Below, piece after piece: positions 1 to 9,214 of a stretch of 64,000 nt of DNA. Below the pieces are notes generated by a model, which was given only the letters and a program-made list of their open reading frames with translations, was not told where the DNA came from and searched no databases. The stretch is from the NCBI GenBank assembly GCA_024404495.1, contig JAKSPT010000002.1, positions 41,410 to 105,409 on the forward strand, given 5' to 3'. This stretch comes from Lachnospiraceae bacterium (GTDB lineage: Bacteria > Bacillota > Clostridia > Oscillospirales > CAG-272). How positions within the stretch are numbered: position 1 is the stretch's first letter; every line of letters starts with the position of its first letter. A program made the position numbers and the translations under genes.

Positions 1-287
1 GCGAGACCGAAGGCGCCGGTGACGTTCGTGACCTGCACGTTTTCGGGGATGACGCCCGGCTTCATGTAGCTGTCCACGCCCGACATACTGAACTGGATCC
101 AGCGGAGGTTCTTCGCCTTCGCGATGCTTTCGGGCGTCGGCTGACCGATGATGATCCCGGCTCTTGCCAGCGCCTCCTCGCCGGGCTCGGCGGGCGTGCC
201 GTAGGAGAAAACGGCGTCGGGATACGCGAGCGCGAGCTTTTCGCGGTCGGCGGGTTCGAGAGAGGCTAAAACGAGAACGTTCGTCAT
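1..287 (-). CDS. N-terminal part of a D-isomer-specific 2-hydroxyacid dehydrogenase-like protein; partial, runs off the window start; in frame with truB with no intervening stop
   Basis: ATG at 287..285 (rc). Translation MTNVLVLASLEPADREKLALAYPDAVFSYGTPAEPGEEALARAGIIIGQPTPESIAKAKNLRWIQFSMSGVDSYMKPG resembles N-terminal domains of D-2-hydroxyacid or phosphoglycerate dehydrogenases. Confidence 0.4.
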   Translation of the reverse strand, partial: MTNVLVLASLEPADREKLALAYPDAVFSYGTPAEPGEEALARAGIIIGQPTPESIAKAKNLRWIQFSMSGVDSYMKPGVIPENVQVTNVTGAFGL

Positions 288-1244
288 GGTTTTGTTCTTC
301 CTTTCATCATCGGCGGAGGGGACGGCTTGGGGCAGCTCGAGCTGGCGGACCGGCTTGATCGCGGGTCCCTCCGGATAGGCGCGGACCTCGCCGAGCGCGA
401 ACAGTCCGGTTTTTCCGGTCAGACGGACGAGGGTGCCTTCTTCAAGCTTCAGCCCGATCTTTTTCAGATAGATCTCGCAGCCCGAACGCGCGAGCCGCTC
501 GAAAAAGGGCGTCAGAGGCGCTTCGGGCAGGGAATCGAAGAGGGAGGAGACCGGGAGAAGGACGGCGTTTCGTTCCTCTCCGGTCATCGCGCCGAGCGCG
601 TCGAGGGTGACGGCTTTTCCGATCGGGAATCCGGCGTTTTCGGTCCGCCGGAGCGAGGACATCACGGCGCCGCAGCCGAGCTTTTTTCCGATATCCGCGC
701 AGAGCGTGCGGATGTAGGTGCCCTTCGAGCACGCGACGTCGAGGCGGTAAACGCGGGGATCGGAAGTGCGTTCGACCGTGAGCGAGGTGATCTCGATCTC
801 ACGGGGCTCCCGTTCCACGGTAACGCCCTGCCTTGCGAGGTCGCAGAGCTTCTTTCCGCCGACCTTCAGCGCGCTGACCATCGGGGGGATCTGCTCCGAT
901 TTGCCGAGGAAGGACGCGGCGCAGGCACGGAAGGCTTCTTCGGTCGGGATCGGGACGCCCGTTTCCTCGGTTTTGCCCCAGATATCCTCGGTGTCCGAGA
1001 CGACGCCGAGCGTGATTTCGGCAAGATACCGCTTGGAGGAGGCGGTGACGAATTCGGAGACCTTCACCGCTCTCCCGACGAGAACGACGAGGACGCCGGT
1101 CGCCATCGGGTCGAGCGTGCCGGTGTGCCCGACCTGCTTCGTCCCGTAGAGGGCGCGGACGCGGTTGACGGCGCCCTGCGAGGTGATGCCCGCCGGTTTG
1201 TCGAGCAGAAGAACGCCCGGGACCGGGGCTTCGTTATGAGGCAT
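288..1244 (-). CDS. truB: tRNA pseudouridine(55) synthase TruB
   Basis: My own rc translation starts MPHNEAPVPGVLLLDKPAGITSQGAVNRVRALYGTKQVGHTGTLDPMATGVLVV (TruB catalytic HTGTLDP motif) and ends with a PUA-like domain (EGTLVRLTGKTGLFALGEVRAYPEG). The 3' boundary is uncertain because no stop codon precedes the downstream ATG at 287. Confidence 0.8.
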
Positions 1245-1274
1245 CGGGGATCGCCGTCCTTTCATTTCGGATCG

Positions 1275-2936
1275 TTATTTTCCGCCGAAGGGGCGGGGAA
1301 CGGTAAAGCGGTTGATAAGGGGCGTCAGGGCGTTCGCGGCGACGACGCCGATCGGCGCGCAGTTGACGATCCCGGTATAGTGGCGGAGCAGCAGGGTGAA
1401 CGTTCCGGCGAGGAAGCCGAAGACGATCTTTCCGGTCCCGGAATAGGGGACGGTCGCGGTATCGGCACCGCAGAAGAGCGCGCAGAGGAGGAAGGTGCCC
1501 GAGCAGGTCTCGAAAAGCACGGTCTGCAGGAGGATCATATCGGTCCGGACCGCCGTGCGGGGCAGCAGCGCCGCAAAGAGGACGCCGGAGAGCAGCATCG
1601 CTGCCGGAACCTGCCACGGCACCGCCTTTCTGACGAGCAGATAAACGAGGGCGATGAGGACGAAAAGCACGGGGAGAAGTCCCGCCGCGTTTCCGAATAT
1701 GAGCGAAACGAGGGAATCGGAGGGGAGAACGCCCTCACGGAGGGAGGCAAGGATCGGATTCCCCACGCCGTAGGCAGCCGGATCGGGCGAGGCGAGCAGA
1801 AGAGGCGCGCGCACGCCGGGGATCGCACCGAAACGGTCAAGCCCGTTCCAAAGGAGAAGGAGCAGGGAGAACGCCGCCATCGCGGGATTCAGGGGATGGG
1901 AGCGGACGGAAGAGGTGCGGAGCCCGAGAACGCCCCGGAACAGGATCACGGCGAGCCCGCAGAGCGCGGCGATCGCCCAGAGGGGCAGATTCGGGGAGGA
2001 AATGAGCGTGACGGTCAGCGCCGTGACGGCAAAATTCCGATCCTTCAGCGCGGACGGCGGGTCTTTCCGCGAGATCAGCGCGAAAGCAAGCTCGGAAAAC
2101 AGACAGGCGAGCAGGGCGGTGAGCAGGACCGTCACCGTGCGCCAGCCGTAATGCCAGATCCGCACGCCGAGGATCGGGAGCGCGGCGATATAAAGATCAA
2201 CGGCGAGGGAGGAGATTTTTTCGGAGGTCCGTAAGAACGGAGCGGAAAGCGGGGACTCCTCCGGCTCTTCGGGTGCGGAAACGGCAGCCGCTTCGGGCAC
2301 GGGCTCCGGTTCGGGAGCGATTACGGGCGCGGGAACGGGTTCCGCTTCTTCAATCGGCTTTGCGGCCGGTTTTTCTTCCGCGATCGGTTCGGGCGCGGGA
2401 GCGGATTCGGCGGCGATTTCCGGTTCGGTTACGGCTTCGGGTGCGGGCACCGATTTCGGAAGCGGCGCGGCTTTTTCTTCGGAAACGGCGCTGACGGGCT
2501 TCTTTCCGGGCACGGCAAGCACGCGTCTTCCTTTTTTCCGTAAGGAGGGGGCCGCCTGCTTTTCCCGCGGAGCCTCTTCCGTTTCCGGAGACGCTGCGGG
2601 AGCCGGTACGGCTTCCCGGAGGGCTTCTCCGGCGGCGCTTTCCGGCGCGTCGGACGGCTTGGAAACGTCCGGGATCAGGACGGCGGACGGCTCGTCTGCC
2701 GTTCCGGGTTCCTCCGGGGGCAGGACGATCGGTTCGGTAACGCCCGGATCGGCGGTTTCCTCCCCGGGAAGCAGGTCAAGCGGCGCGGAAAGCGCGTCTT
2801 CCCCTTCGGGGGAAAGCGTTTCCTTCTCGCTTTCGTCGTTCTGATACAGGATCGAAAGGAAGGTTTTTTCCAGACTGCTGTCGGTTTTGAAGGAGGGCGC
2901 GCCCTTCTCCGGTTTGTTGTCAGGCTTTTCCGCCAC
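1275..2936 (-). CDS. RnfD/NqrB-like polytopic membrane protein with a ~230-aa Pro/Glu/Ala-rich low-complexity N-terminal extension
   Basis: 553-aa ORF with GTG start; the C-terminal 320 aa are multi-TM and end ...NALTPLINRFTVPRPFGGK, typical of the RnfD family; it overlaps the upstream RnfC-like gene by 17 nt. Confidence 0.6.
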   Translation of the reverse strand: MAEKPDNKPEKGAPSFKTDSSLEKTFLSILYQNDESEKETLSPEGEDALSAPLDLLPGEETADPGVTEPIVLPPEEPGTADEPSAVLIPDVSKPSDAPESAAGEALREAVPAPAASPETEEAPREKQAAPSLRKKGRRVLAVPGKKPVSAVSEEKAAPLPKSVPAPEAVTEPEIAAESAPAPEPIAEEKPAAKPIEEAEPVPAPVIAPEPEPVPEAAAVSAPEEPEESPLSAPFLRTSEKISSLAVDLYIAALPILGVRIWHYGWRTVTVLLTALLACLFSELAFALISRKDPPSALKDRNFAVTALTVTLISSPNLPLWAIAALCGLAVILFRGVLGLRTSSVRSHPLNPAMAAFSLLLLLWNGLDRFGAIPGVRAPLLLASPDPAAYGVGNPILASLREGVLPSDSLVSLIFGNAAGLLPVLFVLIALVYLLVRKAVPWQVPAAMLLSGVLFAALLPRTAVRTDMILLQTVLFETCSGTFLLCALFCGADTATVPYSGTGKIVFGFLAGTFTLLLRHYTGIVNCAPIGVVAANALTPLINRFTVPRPFGGK

Positions 2937-4329
2937 GTCCGGTCACCTCGCTTTCGGTCGTTTCGGTTTCTTCGACTTCCTCAAAGAAGAAGTCGGTCAG
3001 GATCTCCTTGAGTCCGCGCGCGGGCGCCTTCGGCGCGTCGGACGGCGGAACGGAACGGTCGGCGACCGCTTTTGCCTTTTTCACGGCGTCGGAGACCGGG
3101 ATCCCGGCGGGGCAGACGTAGGTACAGGTGCCGCAGCCGAGGCAATAGTGCGCGCCGGAGTCGGTCAGCGCTTTTTCTTTCCCGCTTTCCAACGCCTTCA
3201 GAATCAGCGGCGGGACGAGATAGGCGGGGCAGGCGGCGGTGCATCTGCCGCAGTTGTCGCAGGGGAGAAGATCGCCGCCGACGCCGAGCGCACGGGGCGA
3301 GGAGGCGAGAACGACGCGGTCCTCGGGACGCAGATGCCCGTCCGGCTGTTCTTCGCGGCCCGACATCGGACCTTTTCCGCAGACGAGGAGGGACGCCTTG
3401 CGAAGGGATCCGCCGCAGCACTCCACGCAGTCGGAAAGGGAAAGACCGACCGGGAGACGGGCGAGGATCGGCTTGGAAAGCGCGCTTCCGCCGACGAAAA
3501 CGGGGGCGAAAAGATAGGGAACGCCCTCGGAAAAGGCGTAATAGACCTCGGCGCAAAGCTCGGGGGTAAGGGTGAACATCCCGGTTTTTTCAAGAAGAGC
3601 GGCGGGGGAGTCTGCTTCGGGCGGAAGCTCCGCTCCGATCAGCATGGAGATCAGACGCCGGGGATCCGAGGCGGGATAGGCTGCCTTTTTCATCACGCAG
3701 ACGCGGAAAAGACGGCTGCCGGCGATCGCTTTTTCGACCAGATTCAGCAGCTTCACGTCGCTGTCCGGGAGCACGAAGATCGCCCGACGCGCGGAGGCAG
3801 TCTTCATCACGATCTTGAGCCCGCCGATGACGGCGGCGCTTTCCTTTGCGAGGACGGTACAGAGGAGAGCTTCAAACCCCGGTTCCTGCCCGGCGACGTT
3901 CAGAATCAGCGTTCTGCCTTTTTCGCCGACCGGACGGAGGGCGATTTCGGAGAGCTCGTCCGAAAGGAGCCCGCCGCGGGTGCCGGGGATGCCGGAGGCG
4001 GCAAGCACCGCGAGCAGGTCGGCGGGGGAGCTGTCGCGCAGGGAGCGGCGATAGCCGACGAAGGGAAGGGTGTCCTCGCCCTCACAGCAAAGCTTCAGGA
4101 CTTTCCCGTCCGCGAAGGCGACCGTTCCGGAATAGGGCGCGTGATGGATCCGGTCGAGCGGCTGTCCCGCGAGGACCTTGTCCCCGACCGAAACGAGCGG
4201 CTCTCCGGCAATATCAAAGGTCAGCAGAAAAGGGAAGTCCGGAAGCACGACGGAAGAAAATTTGCTTCTTTCCCTTCCGCCCGGAAGAGCGGCGCCCGGA
4301 TCGGCGCCCCGGTTCCAACTGATGTTCAT
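2920..4329 (-). CDS. RnfC-like iron-sulfur protein with two 4Fe-4S ferredoxin motifs
   Basis: Two CxxCxxCxxxCP clusters (CDNCGRCTAACP, CLGCGTCTYVCP). Start trimmed to MNISWNRG at 4329 with a GGAGG RBS 7 nt upstream; the longer ORF to 4533 runs through the AT-rich promoter region. Confidence 0.6.
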   Translation of the reverse strand: MNISWNRGADPGAALPGGRERSKFSSVVLPDFPFLLTFDIAGEPLVSVGDKVLAGQPLDRIHHAPYSGTVAFADGKVLKLCCEGEDTLPFVGYRRSLRDSSPADLLAVLAASGIPGTRGGLLSDELSEIALRPVGEKGRTLILNVAGQEPGFEALLCTVLAKESAAVIGGLKIVMKTASARRAIFVLPDSDVKLLNLVEKAIAGSRLFRVCVMKKAAYPASDPRRLISMLIGAELPPEADSPAALLEKTGMFTLTPELCAEVYYAFSEGVPYLFAPVFVGGSALSKPILARLPVGLSLSDCVECCGGSLRKASLLVCGKGPMSGREEQPDGHLRPEDRVVLASSPRALGVGGDLLPCDNCGRCTAACPAYLVPPLILKALESGKEKALTDSGAHYCLGCGTCTYVCPAGIPVSDAVKKAKAVADRSVPPSDAPKAPARGLKEILTDFFFEEVEETETTESEVTGRGGKA

Positions 4330-4522
4330 GAAAAAGCCTCCAAGAATAAAACATACATATACACAGTATATTATATAATAAAAAGATGAAAAAAACAAGA
4401 CAAAACAGATGCTTTCTTTCGCCTCGGAAGAAAAAAATGCGGCGGAAACGGGCACAAAGCGCCGTCCGGCGGAAGCCCGAAGGACATCCTGCGGGCTGAA
4501 ATAAATTTTTTCAAAAAACACT

Positions 4523-4551
4523 TGACAAGACAAGCTTTATCTGCTATAATA
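4523..4551 (+). promoter_or_regulatory. Sigma70-type promoter of the tRNA operon
   Basis: TTGACA (4523-4528), 17-nt spacer, TATAAT (4546-4551), about 30 nt upstream of the tRNA 5' end. Confidence 0.7.
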
Positions 4552-4579
4552 TTCAAGCGTCGGAAAATCCGGTGCATTT

Positions 4580-4656
4580 GGCGGAATAGCTCAGTTGGCT
4601 AGAGCATTCGGTTCATACCCGACAGGTCGTTGGTTCAAATCCGACTTCCGCTACCA
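4580..4656 (+). tRNA. tRNA-Met (anticodon CAT); elongator, initiator or Ile2-lysidine identity not resolvable by eye
   Basis: Cloverleaf folded by hand: acceptor GGCGGAA/TTCCGCT, D arm GCTC-AGTTGGCTA-GAGC, anticodon loop TTCATAC, T arm GTTGG-TTCAAAT-CCGAC, encoded CCA. Confidence 0.8.
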
Positions 4657-4731
4657 GGCCCGTTGGTCAAGCGGTTAAGACACGGCCCTTTCACGGCTGT
4701 AACATGGGTTCGATTCCCGTACGGGTCACCA
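4657..4731 (+). tRNA. tRNA-Glu (anticodon TTC)
   Basis: Matches the classic Firmicutes tRNA-Glu: GGCCCGTTGGTCAAGCGGTTAAGACA...CCTTTCACGG...GGGTTCGATTCCCGTACGGGTCACCA; anticodon loop CTTTCAC; encoded CCA. Confidence 0.85.
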
Positions 4732-4735
4732 CAAA

Positions 4736-4775
4736 AAAGAAAGCATCGCAAAAGCGATGCTTTCTTTTTTGTGTT
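4736..4775 (+). terminator. Rho-independent terminator of the tRNA operon
   Basis: Hairpin aaagcatcgc-aaaa-gcgatgcttt followed by cttttttgtg. Confidence 0.75.
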
Positions 4776-4965
4776 ACCCCGTACCAAACGTCGCCCCACC
4801 GCAGCCTCCGTTCGCAGGCGAGCGGGGGCTGCGATTGGGTTCGTATCCGCGAGCGGAGGCGTCTGCAAGCTCGCTTGCAAGCGCCGAGCGAGCAGGGATC
4901 CGGAGCGTGCCGCTCCGATTCCCGTATTTGCCATCACATAAACGAAGGGCTTAATACCGCAGCCG

Positions 4966-6258
4966 TTATTCCGCGTCCAGCTGCTTCGCAAACCAGTTTA
5001 CGACGGCAGGCTCGGATTCCGGAGAGGTCTGGGGGATCAGGTACCAATGAGCGGCACCGGCGACCTCGTACCCGCCGACTTCAAATTCTTCGGGCGGCGC
5101 AAGATAGCCGTTTACCGAGTTGGAATAGCCGCATACGAAAACGGTTGCCGGGTCAAAGCCCGCTTTGACGAAAAGGGCTTCGATTTTGTCGCCCGGCAGG
5201 GTCAGAAGCTCGAAAGGAACGAACGCAAAGGCAAATTCCTTTCCGATTTTTATCATCTGCATCGGTACGGTCAGGCTGAAATCTCCGCCGCTTTCGGCAA
5301 TTTCTAGCATTTTTCTCGTCCACTGCAGCTCACGGAGATAATAGTGCTTGTTCCAATCGGAGAAGGGAAGGCTCAGATATCTATCCTCCCATTCCTTTTT
5401 CTGCCTTTTCAGTTCTGCCGTGTCATCCATCCGCATCATCGGAACTTTCAGCAGCTCGTAACGGATATCCGGCACCCCCTCCGCACGGCGCGTTATGCCT
5501 TCTCCGGAGCGGGCAAAGGCTTCGACCGGGATCGAAAGCTGTCTGCCGACGGCGGCGATCTGTTCGTCAAGGGTCTCCCCGATGACAACGGGATTGATAT
5601 CCGCGCCTCTGCCCTGGAAGAAGAAATACGGAACCTCATCGGTGGAGAGACGGTTCAGCTCCGCGAGCCAGTCAGCGGAGACCGTGAAATCGGTGTTCAG
5701 AACCGCGTGGCACGCAGCATTCGACAGAACCGCGCGCAGGTTTCCGTTTCCGTCTGTGAAGGCGGCAGCCTTGATCCTCCGGTCGATGAAGGGTCTGCCG
5801 CGCCGGTTCAGGGAGGCGGTTAGCTCGCTTTCAAGGATCGCAAAGCGGAAGGAACCTTCGGTCAGCCTTCCGATGGCGCGGAGCGCGGCACGCCCCATTT
5901 GCTCTCCGGCATAGGCAAAATAATCTACATTGATCGGCATTTCGGCAAGGATGCCCGCCTGCGGCGCAGCGTGGGTATGGACGAAGACAAGCGAGATCCG
6001 CTCGCGCGGAACGCCGGTCAAGGCAGTGATCTGATCGGTAACGAGCCGGTAAAGCGGGGGATTCAGACCGATCAGGTCCACCGCATAGATCAGAGAAAGC
6101 GTCCCCTCCGATTCCATTGCCATGACCTTGGCGTGAAGGTCGTCGTGTATGCCGGTCGCGGGGGTGAGGCGGTGTCCGTAACCGTCAAGAACGATCGTGG
6201 AAAGATCGGGCGGCGTGATGATTTCATCGGCAAAGCCAAAGCGGATAGTGCTCATCAT
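4966..6258 (-). CDS. Hypothetical protein (430 aa), possibly a hydrolase
   Basis: Clean ORF with an AAGGAG RBS before the ATG at 6258; no confidently recognised motif. Confidence 0.5.
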   Translation of the reverse strand: MMSTIRFGFADEIITPPDLSTIVLDGYGHRLTPATGIHDDLHAKVMAMESEGTLSLIYAVDLIGLNPPLYRLVTDQITALTGVPRERISLVFVHTHAAPQAGILAEMPINVDYFAYAGEQMGRAALRAIGRLTEGSFRFAILESELTASLNRRGRPFIDRRIKAAAFTDGNGNLRAVLSNAACHAVLNTDFTVSADWLAELNRLSTDEVPYFFFQGRGADINPVVIGETLDEQIAAVGRQLSIPVEAFARSGEGITRRAEGVPDIRYELLKVPMMRMDDTAELKRQKKEWEDRYLSLPFSDWNKHYYLRELQWTRKMLEIAESGGDFSLTVPMQMIKIGKEFAFAFVPFELLTLPGDKIEALFVKAGFDPATVFVCGYSNSVNGYLAPPEEFEVGGYEVAGAAHWYLIPQTSPESEPAVVNWFAKQLDAE

Positions 6259-6290
6259 TTTAACTCCTTTTGCCGTTTCGGCAGAAAATG

Positions 6291-7199
6291 TCAGGTTTGT
6301 TTCCTGAGCGTTCCGGGCGGGACGCCGTAGAATTTGCGGAACAGCCTTGTGAAGTAACCGGGGTCCGAGAAGCCGACTGCGGCAGCAATCCCGGAGACGG
6401 TATCGGAGGTTGTGAGAAGAAGAGCCTGTGCCTTGGTCAGCCGGTATTCATTTACGTAGGTGACGGCAGTTCTTCCGGTGACTTCGCGGAACCGTCTGCA
6501 GAAATAGGAACTGTTCATACAGCAGGCGGAAGCAAGTGACGATAGGGGGATGTCCTCCGCGTAATGATCGGCGATATAGCGGAGTGCCGGGAGGACGTTT
6601 TCCTGGCTGCTGCTTTTTCTCTCGGCTTTTTCGGGAGACCGGAAGAACAGCGCGAGCAGCCGCAAAAGATTGCCCTTGACTGCAAGTTCAAAGCCTTCCC
6701 CGCCATCCCGGTAGGCGCCGATCAGCTCGTCAAGGATTTCGCGTGCCTGCGCTTTTCCCCCCTCGTCCTCCATTACGGTCTGAAAGCGGATCCGATGGGA
6801 GATCAGCGGCTCCATATATTTCTGCAGAATGATGTCGTCCCTGCCGCCGCACAGCTTCGTGTCGATCATCAGACAGTGGTACCTTGCGTCGGCGCAGCCG
6901 TCCGGCTCGATCGCGTGCGCCTCGCAGGGGTTGAAAACGGCAACCTCGCCCGCAGGGCAGCGGCGCCGTCGGAAATCGCTGACACAGATCAGGCTTCCTT
7001 CCTGAACATAAATGATCTCAAGCTGTTCGTGCCACGAAAATATCGGCACGGAGGAGGGAGGGGGCAGCGCAGAGGTCGTCATATCGCTGATAATATAAAA
7101 AGGAAAGGTTTCGTCGCTGAAGCGGATCGCTTCGTAGCTGCTTTCCAGCAGTGCTTCCGAATCGGAAAAGGAAGTCGATAATTCACGGAACTCTGCCAT
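6291..7199 (-). CDS. AraC-family transcriptional regulator (cupin sensor plus HTH)
   Basis: The C-terminus carries the AraC HTH signature (LSSLASACCMNSSYFCRRFREVTGRTAVTYVNEYRLTKAQALL...GFSDPGYFTRLFRKFYGVPPGTLR). Start trimmed to MAEFREL at 7199. Confidence 0.75.
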   Translation of the reverse strand: MAEFRELSTSFSDSEALLESSYEAIRFSDETFPFYIISDMTTSALPPPSSVPIFSWHEQLEIIYVQEGSLICVSDFRRRRCPAGEVAVFNPCEAHAIEPDGCADARYHCLMIDTKLCGGRDDIILQKYMEPLISHRIRFQTVMEDEGGKAQAREILDELIGAYRDGGEGFELAVKGNLLRLLALFFRSPEKAERKSSSQENVLPALRYIADHYAEDIPLSSLASACCMNSSYFCRRFREVTGRTAVTYVNEYRLTKAQALLLTTSDTVSGIAAAVGFSDPGYFTRLFRKFYGVPPGTLRKQT

Positions 7200-7496
7200 G
7201 ATGGAAGCCCTCCTTTCACTACCGGGACCGTTTTTGCCTCGCGAAGTCCGCAAAACGGTGCCTTTTCTCATTTGCTTTTGTGGTTTTATTATACTATTGA
7301 TCCCCGTTTCTGTCAATAGATGTGAAAAATGTCTGATTTTTCGTCAACTCTGTCCATATTCCGTCTCCGAAAATGTCAATATTGTCCCATTATCCGCCAA
7401 CTTTCTTATGGACGAAAACGGGCTTTTGCGGTATACTGAAAACGGTAAATGTTTTGGCGGCAATGACTGCAAAATGCAGGGAAGGAAAGACTGCGT

Positions 7497-8423
7497 ATGG
7501 CAGATAAGAAGATTATCATCGGAATCGACGGCGGCGGAACAAAAACCGCGCTTGCCGCGTACCGGGAAGGGACTCCGGTCGCTTCGGCGAAAACCGGGCC
7601 GATGAATTACAATTTTATCGGTGCGGATCGGGCGGCGGAAAACGTCCTTGCCGGTGTGAGGGCGCTCGGAATCCCGGTCGGAACGATCGGGGCGATCGGG
7701 ATAGGCGATCCGTCGATTGACGATACGGTCGGAACGGATCCGGATTCCGTGAGCGCGAAATTCGTCTCCCTGCTGAAAAAGGCGCTCGGCGTTCAGGTTT
7801 TTGTAAGAAGCGACGCCTATATGACGCTGTTCGGATTGACCGAAGGGAGAAAACCGGGCGTTCTGATCCTTTCCGGGACCGGTGCGATGGGGATCGCACA
7901 GAATCCGGAGGGACATCTGTTCTTAGCGGGAGGCTGGGGAAGAATATCTGGAGACGAGGGGAGCGGATATTATATCGCCGTCGAAGCGATCAAGGCCGCG
8001 CTTCGTGCTATCGACGGCATTGCTCCCGCAACGGCGCTGACCGATGCGCTGACCGGATATTTCGGTGTCGGCACGCCGAGGGAACTGATCACCCGCTTCT
8101 ATCCCGAAAACGGAGAGCCGGATATCGCGGGATTTGCCGAGGCGGCAGCATCCTGCGCCGAAAAAGGCGATGCCTGCGCAAAAAAGATCCTTACGGACGC
8201 AGCCGGTTTCCTCGCCTCATACGCATCGGTGCTGATGGAACGCACGGGCAGCCGCACGGTCGGCATTTACGGGAGCGTTCTGACCCGGAACCGCACGGTC
8301 AGAGCGGAATTTGAGCGGCTGATTCTGGAAAAATACCCGGATGCCGGTATTATGACTCCCGCCGTTTCCCCGGAACGAGCGGCGGCGATCTACGCCGGGC
8401 TGCAGGTTCTGAGGGAAAGGTAA
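7497..8423 (+). CDS. BadF/BadG/BcrA/BcrD-type ATPase (N-acetylglucosamine kinase-like sugar kinase)
   Basis: N-terminus KKIIIGIDGGGTKT and the overall ASKHA-kinase pattern. Confidence 0.65.
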   Translation: MADKKIIIGIDGGGTKTALAAYREGTPVASAKTGPMNYNFIGADRAAENVLAGVRALGIPVGTIGAIGIGDPSIDDTVGTDPDSVSAKFVSLLKKALGVQVFVRSDAYMTLFGLTEGRKPGVLILSGTGAMGIAQNPEGHLFLAGGWGRISGDEGSGYYIAVEAIKAALRAIDGIAPATALTDALTGYFGVGTPRELITRFYPENGEPDIAGFAEAAASCAEKGDACAKKILTDAAGFLASYASVLMERTGSRTVGIYGSVLTRNRTVRAEFERLILEKYPDAGIMTPAVSPERAAAIYAGLQVLRER

Positions 8424-8444
8424 AAAAGGAAGGACACAGATAAT

Positions 8445-9179
8445 ATGAACGCAATGGAAACCTATCTCGGAATCATCCGGGATCTGATGGACGCGGTCGC
8501 CGAAAAGCGGTCGGACGCGATGGAAAAAGCGGCACGGCTGACGGCGGACGCGCTGATGAATGACGGATTCGTCTTTACCTTCGGGACGGGGCATTCCCAT
8601 ATCCTTGCCGAAGAGATCTTTTACCGTGCGGGAGGGCTGGCGCGCGTCTGTCCCATTCTGGAAGACGCGCTGATGCTTCATACTCACGCGGCGCGGAGCA
8701 GTATGTTAGAGCGCGCGCCCGGACTTGCCGCCCTGCTTCTCGACGATATCGACTGTGTGAAATACGGCGGCGTCCTCTTCCTCTTTTCCAACAGCGGCGG
8801 AAACACCGTCGCGGTCGATATGGCGGAGGAAGCAAAAAAACGCGGGCTGATACCGATCTGCATTACGAACGTCACGCACAGTCAGAAAATCACTTCCCGT
8901 CATCCCGAAGGGAAGAAGCTGATGGATGTCTGCGACGTGGTGATCGACAACATGGGCTGCTATGGAGACGCGGCGGTGGAGATCGGGGAAGTGACGACCG
9001 GCGCGACTTCGACCGTGATCGGTGCGATGATCATGCAGGCGATCGTCTGCCGCGCTATCGAGCTCTGCCGGGATGCCGGAAAAACGCCCGAGGTCTTCCA
9101 TTCCGCCAACACGAAGGGCGGAGACGAGGCGAACGAAGAATATATCCGGAAATACAAACCGCTCGTCAAGGCGCTCTGA
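8445..9179 (+). CDS. SIS-domain (sugar isomerase/phosphosugar-binding) protein
   Basis: FVFTFGTGHSHILAEE and FLFSNSGGN motifs typical of the SIS_2/UPF0309 family. Confidence 0.6.
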   Translation: MNAMETYLGIIRDLMDAVAEKRSDAMEKAARLTADALMNDGFVFTFGTGHSHILAEEIFYRAGGLARVCPILEDALMLHTHAARSSMLERAPGLAALLLDDIDCVKYGGVLFLFSNSGGNTVAVDMAEEAKKRGLIPICITNVTHSQKITSRHPEGKKLMDVCDVVIDNMGCYGDAAVEIGEVTTGATSTVIGAMIMQAIVCRAIELCRDAGKTPEVFHSANTKGGDEANEEYIRKYKPLVKAL

Positions 9180-9214
9180 TTACAACAAAAAATAATAATG
9201 GAGGAGATAGAAGT

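Noticed and set aside
327-2234. 635-aa plus-strand ORF overlapping truB and the RnfD-like gene
   Set aside because: Antisense frame kept open by high GC content; Arg/Gly/Asp-rich nonsense composition; the opposite strand carries clear truB (HTGTLDP) and RnfD-like genes.
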